Assembly: GCF_051307035.1 (NCBI RefSeq)
Contig: NZ_CP195536.1
Location: 540,001-572,000 of the forward strand
Source: Psychrobacter sp. DM4
GTDB taxonomy: Bacteria > Pseudomonadota > Gammaproteobacteria > Pseudomonadales > Moraxellaceae
DNA length: 32,000 nucleotides
Direction of reading: 5' to 3'
The position numbers were made by a program, and so were the translations under genes. Numbering within the stretch: position 1 is the stretch's first letter; each line of letters opens with the position of its first letter. Under the pieces are notes generated by a model. The model saw only the letters and a program-made list of their open reading frames with translations, was not told the origin of the DNA and made no database searches. This document shows, one piece after another, positions 28,393-32,000 of this stretch.

Positions 28393-28539
28393 ATGGCACA
28401 TAAAAAGGAAAACCTACCGCAAAAAATCTGCCCTGTATGCCTGCGTCCTTTTACTTGGCGTAAGAAGTGGGAGAAGGATTGGGACAACGTTGTTTATTGT
28501 TCTGAGCGTTGTCGGCGGGGGAAGGATAAAGCGGATTGA
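28393..28539 (+). CDS. DUF2256-type small zinc-ribbon protein (48 aa), copy 2; not in ORF track
   Basis: My translation: [48 protein letters not shown]. It shows the same Cys pattern and about 26 of 44 aligned residues identical to copy 1. AAGGA RBS. It starts 4 nt after the copy 1 stop. Confidence 0.7.
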   Translation: MAHKKENLPQKICPVCLRPFTWRKKWEKDWDNVVYCSERCRRGKDKAD

Positions 28540-28616
28540 ATCAGAATTAGGATAAAAGAAGACCGCCACGTTTTCTAACCCAATGTTGCCAGAGGAGGAA
28601 GATAGAGGTGGTGGTG

Positions 28617-28637
28617 CTTCTTACATATAATTATAAA
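28617..28637. repeat. left copy of imperfect direct repeat bracketing the AT-rich island
   Basis: cttct-tacatataAttataaa (28617-28637) compared with cttct(atc)tacatataGttataaa (31393-31416). The 16-nt core matches at 15 of 16 positions, and both copies carry the shared 'cttct' prefix. Confidence 0.4.
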
Positions 28638-28671
28638 AAAAGTATAGTGAACGTAATAGCTTGCATGCTTA

Positions 28672-29682
28672 TTAAGCTATTTTTCTAATAAAATAGTCAT
28701 ATCTATCTTGAATATGATTTTCTTTGAAAGCTCCTTTAATAGATTGTCTCAAAAATACTTCTAAGTCCTTTTGCGTAAGAATCATAACTAATCCTGCTTG
28801 ATTTCTATTAGCTAGATTCGATAAATGATTAAAATAAGAGTTTTTAATCTCATCACCACGAAACACTATAATTCCGAATTTACCTAAAGTATCGTTTAAG
28901 TAATAACCCATTTGATGAAAATCGTCTGATTTTAATTCTGTATAGTTTTTACATTCCCAAACAATTTGGGTAGCACCATATTTATTGCGAATCATTTCCC
29001 AAAAACCATCTGTTGCTCTGTTAGATGCAACCCAGTCTCTAATACTAGAACCTTCATGAGTCCTTTCTGAAGGTTGAACATTGACTAAAGAGCGGAAAAA
29101 GCATAGTTTTATAATTTCGCCAGTAATATCTTCAAACTCTTTTGCTCCAGAAGTTCCTGTGGGAAGATCTTTAAGTCTTGCAAGGAGGTCTTCTAGAGTT
29201 ATTTTATAATCATCTAACTGAAAACTTTCGGGTATATCTTCTAATAATCCTTCGACCTTTAAACTAGTATCATCTTTCAAATCAGTAATAAGTATAGGCT
29301 GTAGATTTAAGGCTTTATGATAAGTTGGATGAATTTCGAAAATACTACTATTACCTATAGCAGGTTTTGCGTTTGATTCTTTTCCTGATTCCTTATATTG
29401 AACGGTCTTATTTCGTTGAATTCCAATAAAACCTATTCCATACATTATTTCGATAAACCTAAAAGGAGTTGCGTTTTCAAATAACCAGTCTTTACAATAT
29501 TTATTAATCATATCGTTAATCAAAAGCTTTTGAATGAAGTCTTCTATTGCGTTTAGCGTAAACTTGTTACCAAGTCCATAAAAATATTCTAATACAAAGC
29601 TAATATTAGGATAATTCTCAGCAAACTCATCACCTAAATCTTTAAGTCTGCTTGTGCTATATCTAATAGAAGCACTTTCCAA
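28672..29682 (-). CDS. PD-(D/E)xK (Mrr/restriction-endonuclease-like) nuclease-domain protein; probably the C-terminal part of a frameshifted NTPase-nuclease gene
   Basis: The C-terminal half has the order helix-E ('KEFEDITGEIIKLCF', E183), D ('SSIRDWVAS', D216) and ExK ('QIVWECKNY', E243/K245, nt 28948-28956). The ORF begins at a TTG with no SD and no ATG for 57 codons. It overlaps the upstream ORF by 49 nt. A sampled 60-nt line is about 30% G+C. Confidence 0.65.
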   Translation of the reverse strand: MESASIRYSTSRLKDLGDEFAENYPNISFVLEYFYGLGNKFTLNAIEDFIQKLLINDMINKYCKDWLFENATPFRFIEIMYGIGFIGIQRNKTVQYKESGKESNAKPAIGNSSIFEIHPTYHKALNLQPILITDLKDDTSLKVEGLLEDIPESFQLDDYKITLEDLLARLKDLPTGTSGAKEFEDITGEIIKLCFFRSLVNVQPSERTHEGSSIRDWVASNRATDGFWEMIRNKYGATQIVWECKNYTELKSDDFHQMGYYLNDTLGKFGIIVFRGDEIKNSYFNHLSNLANRNQAGLVMILTQKDLEVFLRQSIKGAFKENHIQDRYDYFIRKIA

Positions 29683-30719
29683 ATTTTAATTGTAATTTTG
29701 GGGTTTCCACTGTTTATAGCATTGTCTATTGCGTAACTACAGAGCATAAGAACATCTCTCGGTCTATGCTGACAAAGTGACATAACTTGTGTTTGCGTAT
29801 TGAAGTTGGAGTTAGTATCATCGAAAAAATAACTCCAAGCTTCACCACCTAGTTTTGGCTTTGTTGTGAAGGGTTTGACCAATCTACGTTCTACAAGTTC
29901 TATTAACTTTTTCTGAGACCAGTCTAGGAAAACAGAAGATGTTTCTAGTCTTGAAAATTCATTGTCCATGGCTCTAATTCTATCGTAAATATTTTCTCTT
30001 ATAAAAATTAAAGGTCTTATGAAGTCTGTTGTGGCTCTTAGTCTTACTGAAGCGTGCATCAAAGCCATTAAACAAATTATTGCTGATTCGGAACCATCCC
30101 AAGATTCATCAAGACGATCGATAACTATTATAAAGTTGAAACTATTATTGGTAGCTATATTATTAGCTTCTTTAGTTATTTCACTACTACGTTTTACTTG
30201 TCTTAGCCATAGCTTTGAATTCTCTTTCGTGTATGCTTCGAATATCTCATCTGTTAAATTTAGAACTCTTTGATCAAAATCACAATTCTCGATTAAACCG
30301 CGTTCGCGATTGATTTGTCCATATTTTTTGTCAAATTTAAATAAATTTTGATTAGTCCATGTTTGGATTACTTCATCAATCAAAGCTCTTTCCATAGAAC
30401 ACATTAGAGATTTAAATGGTCTTTGTCTTGTATCTAAAAAAGCTTCATGTTCCAAAGGTAGAGTAATCAAATCGAAGATTTGAGGAGCTAAATGGATTGT
30501 TCTCGGGAATTTGCGTTGAACCTCAAAGGTCAATGCTGTTTTACCAGCGCCACGACGTCCAATAAAAAAGCAATCAGTTGATTTTTCGTCTAAAGAACTA
30601 ATAGTAGAAGGTGTGGATACGAATAATGCGTGGTCCTTTCTTATGATATCGTATTCTGCAAAAGCCTCTCCTAATCTAACTTTAGTCAATGCATTTTTAG
30701 GTAATTGTACTTTTCCCAT
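29634..30719 (-). CDS. P-loop NTPase (AAA/STAND-like, Orc1/Cdc6-style lid); probably the N-terminal part of a frameshifted NTPase-nuclease gene
   Basis: Walker A 'GRRGAGKT' (G54-T61, K60). Walker B 'FNFIIVIDRLDESW' (D201, D204/E205). Downstream are 'IFIRENIYDRI' and the lid-like 'HRPRDVLMLCSYAIDNAINSGNPKITIK'. GGAGAG RBS lies 6 nt before the ATG at 30719. Confidence 0.7.
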   Translation of the reverse strand: MGKVQLPKNALTKVRLGEAFAEYDIIRKDHALFVSTPSTISSLDEKSTDCFFIGRRGAGKTALTFEVQRKFPRTIHLAPQIFDLITLPLEHEAFLDTRQRPFKSLMCSMERALIDEVIQTWTNQNLFKFDKKYGQINRERGLIENCDFDQRVLNLTDEIFEAYTKENSKLWLRQVKRSSEITKEANNIATNNSFNFIIVIDRLDESWDGSESAIICLMALMHASVRLRATTDFIRPLIFIRENIYDRIRAMDNEFSRLETSSVFLDWSQKKLIELVERRLVKPFTTKPKLGGEAWSYFFDDTNSNFNTQTQVMSLCQHRPRDVLMLCSYAIDNAINSGNPKITIKIWKVLLLDIAQADLKI

Positions 30720-30753
30720 AATGAACTCTCCAATATGTTTTTAACTAATATCA

Positions 30754-31149
30754 TTAAAACCAATCAACCACGACTAAACCTTCTACACGCTCAAACTCTT
30801 TAGTATTATGCGTCACCAAAGTAGCGTTATTAGCAAGAGCGCAGCCTGCTATTTGTATGTCATAAGGGCCGATAGGTTGACCTTGACGTTCAAGTGTCGC
30901 TCGAATATGTGCTGAAACCTCTGCTTCTTTACGACCAAATGGCATGACTTGAACTTGTTTTAAAAGAGTAGATAATTGACTCAAACGTTTATCAGGGCTA
31001 GTAGATTTTTGAATACCGACATTCAGCTCGTAAAGTACAACAGTAGGAATGATAATTTCATGCGGATCATAAGAGTAAAGGTGTGAGGCAACTTGCCCCA
31101 CACCTTTGAAAAAGTAAATTAGCGTATTTGTATCTAAAACATAGCTCAT
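30754..31149 (-). CDS. vapC: type II toxin VapC (PIN-domain ribonuclease)
   Basis: 131 aa. 'YVLDTNTLIY' (Asp6), 'VLYELNVG' (Glu), 'PYDIQIAGCAL' (Asp) and 'LVTHNTKEFERV' form the classic PIN acidic quartet. A 4-nt ATGA overlap joins it to the upstream antitoxin ORF. Confidence 0.88.
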   Translation of the reverse strand: MSYVLDTNTLIYFFKGVGQVASHLYSYDPHEIIIPTVVLYELNVGIQKSTSPDKRLSQLSTLLKQVQVMPFGRKEAEVSAHIRATLERQGQPIGPYDIQIAGCALANNATLVTHNTKEFERVEGLVVVDWF

Positions 31150-31382
31150 AGGGATTCACGCTCGGCGTCATTACCTTGAGTATCATGAATCTCATCCAAA
31201 CTTGGAAAATCAGCCCAACTACCAGCCAATGCTTTGACTTCTGGTGACCATCCTTGATGCTGTTTAACTTGTCGCTTAACAAACTGACTTAACCAGAGAT
31301 CAGGCGCTATGTTTTCAGAATTAGCCATTTGATAAACAATAGCTTCAACTTCTTCGTCTAGCGTTAAAGTAATTTGGCTCAT
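31146..31382 (-). CDS. vapB: type II antitoxin (VapB-like partner of VapC)
   Basis: 78-aa ORF that is translationally coupled (ATGA overlap) to the PIN toxin. GGAG RBS. A palindromic operator candidate lies in its promoter. The antitoxin fold class cannot be assigned from sequence by eye. Confidence 0.7.
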   Translation of the reverse strand: MSQITLTLDEEVEAIVYQMANSENIAPDLWLSQFVKRQVKQHQGWSPEVKALAGSWADFPSLDEIHDTQGNDAERESL

Positions 31383-31392
31383 CTTAGTTCTC

Positions 31393-31416
31393 CTTCTATC
31401 TACATATAGTTATAAA
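31393..31416. repeat. right copy of imperfect direct repeat bracketing the AT-rich island
   Basis: See the left copy at 28617-28637. Confidence 0.4.
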
Positions 31417-31422
31417 CTATAT
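31404..31422. promoter_or_regulatory. palindromic operator candidate in the vapBC promoter
   Basis: ATATAGTT-ata-AACTATAT, with perfect 8-bp arms. It lies 22-40 nt upstream of the vapB ATG and overlaps TATA-rich -10-like hexamers on the minus strand. Confidence 0.5.
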
Positions 31423-31475
31423 AGGGTTATATAGATAAACTCCATCATCTTTAATTCAGATAGATAAAAGCAAAA

Positions 31476-31507
31476 GCGGGATTGACTACTAAAGCAACCA
31501 ATCCCGC
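31476..31507 (-). terminator. Rho-independent terminator of metH (minus strand)
   Basis: GCGGGATTG (31476-31484) pairs with CAATCCCGC (31499-31507) in a 9-bp stem. On the minus strand the hairpin is followed by ttttgctttt. Confidence 0.75.
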
Positions 31508-31540
31508 AACGAATATTTCTCTAGCAAACTAAAACCAACC

Positions 31541-32000
31541 CTACAAATTCGGATTCAACCACTTCTCAGCCGTCTTCATATCCCAACCTTTACGCTCAGC
31601 ATAACTCTCTAACTGGTCAGTGCTGATTTTACCGACGTTAAAGTATTCACTATCAGGGTGCGAGTAATAGAATCCGCTGACCGATGACGCAGGCCACATC
31701 GCATAGCTTTCGGTCAACGTCGTACCGATCGCCTCAACCGTACCGAGCCAGTCGAACAGCTTACCTTTTTCCGTATGCTCAGGACAGGCAGGGTAGCCAG
31801 GAGCGGGGCGGATGCCAACGTATTTCTCTTTAATCATCTCATCATTAGTGAGCGACTCAGTCGGCTGATAACCCCAGTACTCTTTACGGATGAGCTCGTG
31901 TAGATGTTCAGCGAATGCTTCAGCGAGACGATCGGAGAGGGCTTGTACCATGATAGCGTTGTAGTCATCACCTGCCGCTTTATACTTCTCAGCGAGCGCT
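31541..32000 (-). CDS. metH: cobalamin-dependent methionine synthase MetH, C-terminal (AdoMet-binding reactivation domain) part; 5' end outside the window
   Basis: The frame stays open to the window edge: '...[43 protein letters not shown]...[17 protein letters not shown]...[20 protein letters not shown]...WLNPNL*'. This is nearly collinear with the E. coli MetH C-terminus as I remember it. Confidence 0.93.
   Translation of the reverse strand, partial: ALAEKYKAAGDDYNAIMVQALSDRLAEAFAEHLHELIRKEYWGYQPTESLTNDEMIKEKYVGIRPAPGYPACPEHTEKGKLFDWLGTVEAIGTTLTESYAMWPASSVSGFYYSHPDSEYFNVGKISTDQLESYAERKGWDMKTAEKWLNPNL

Noticed and set aside
29680-29700. Programmed -1 ribosomal frameshifting at the NTPase/nuclease junction.
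   Set aside because: The needed shift is -1. However, the sequence AUU AAA AUU UGG has no canonical X XXY YYZ heptamer in the correct register, and I see no obvious downstream stem-loop or pseudoknot. A simple 1-nt homopolymer indel is the more economical reading. I keep it only as an untested alternative.
31067-31282. 71-aa minus-strand ORF overlapping both vapB and vapC in another frame.
   Set aside because: The vapB and vapC frames have the family motifs and the coupled ATGA junction. This frame has neither.
1-32000. Scan for tRNA/rRNA genes, CRISPR repeats, IS elements, integrases, and other copies of the GTAGGGTGC REP head.
   Set aside because: I saw no T-loop-like GGTTCGAnTCC motifs, no regularly spaced direct repeats, no transposase- or integrase-like ORFs, and no further REP heads. 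The scan was by eye, so short or degenerate elements could have been missed.

Overview
The window reads as chromosomal DNA from a gammaproteobacterium. Gene content and order point to Moraxellaceae, possibly Psychrobacter, but that is inference only. I found no rRNA, tRNA, CRISPR array, transposase or integrase.

Positions 1-18.6 kb are mostly housekeeping and envelope genes. They include a partial YgiD-like dioxygenase, rlmH, DUF2147, DUF421, PBP4/dacB, and a DUF294 nucleotidyltransferase paired with a DnaQ-like exonuclease. They also include dapC-like, glnD and map in Pseudomonas-like synteny, a family-I lipase with its Lif foldase, and three lipoprotein genes.

Two regions stand out.

(1) 18.9-28.5 kb. 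An NfeD/YqiJ-like gene and a long flotillin (YqiK-like) gene come first, followed by a terminator and a REP-doublet element. Next is an uninterrupted 2,087-aa ORF with a single MoxR/AAA_5-like AAA+ module near its C-terminal third. Two tandem DUF2256-type zinc-ribbon micro-ORFs, absent from the ORF track, follow it directly.

(2) 28.6-31.4 kb. This is a visibly AT-rich insertion of about 2.8 kb between the DUF2256 genes and metH, bracketed by an imperfect direct repeat. All its genes are on the minus strand: vapB, vapC, a P-loop NTPase and a PD-(D/E)xK nuclease-domain ORF. The NTPase and nuclease ORFs overlap by 49 nt. The overlap looks like a 1-nt frameshift in a single ~680-aa NTPase-nuclease gene. 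I regard this as the best candidate for an uncharacterised defence-type system, with the flotillin-linked giant ATPase second.
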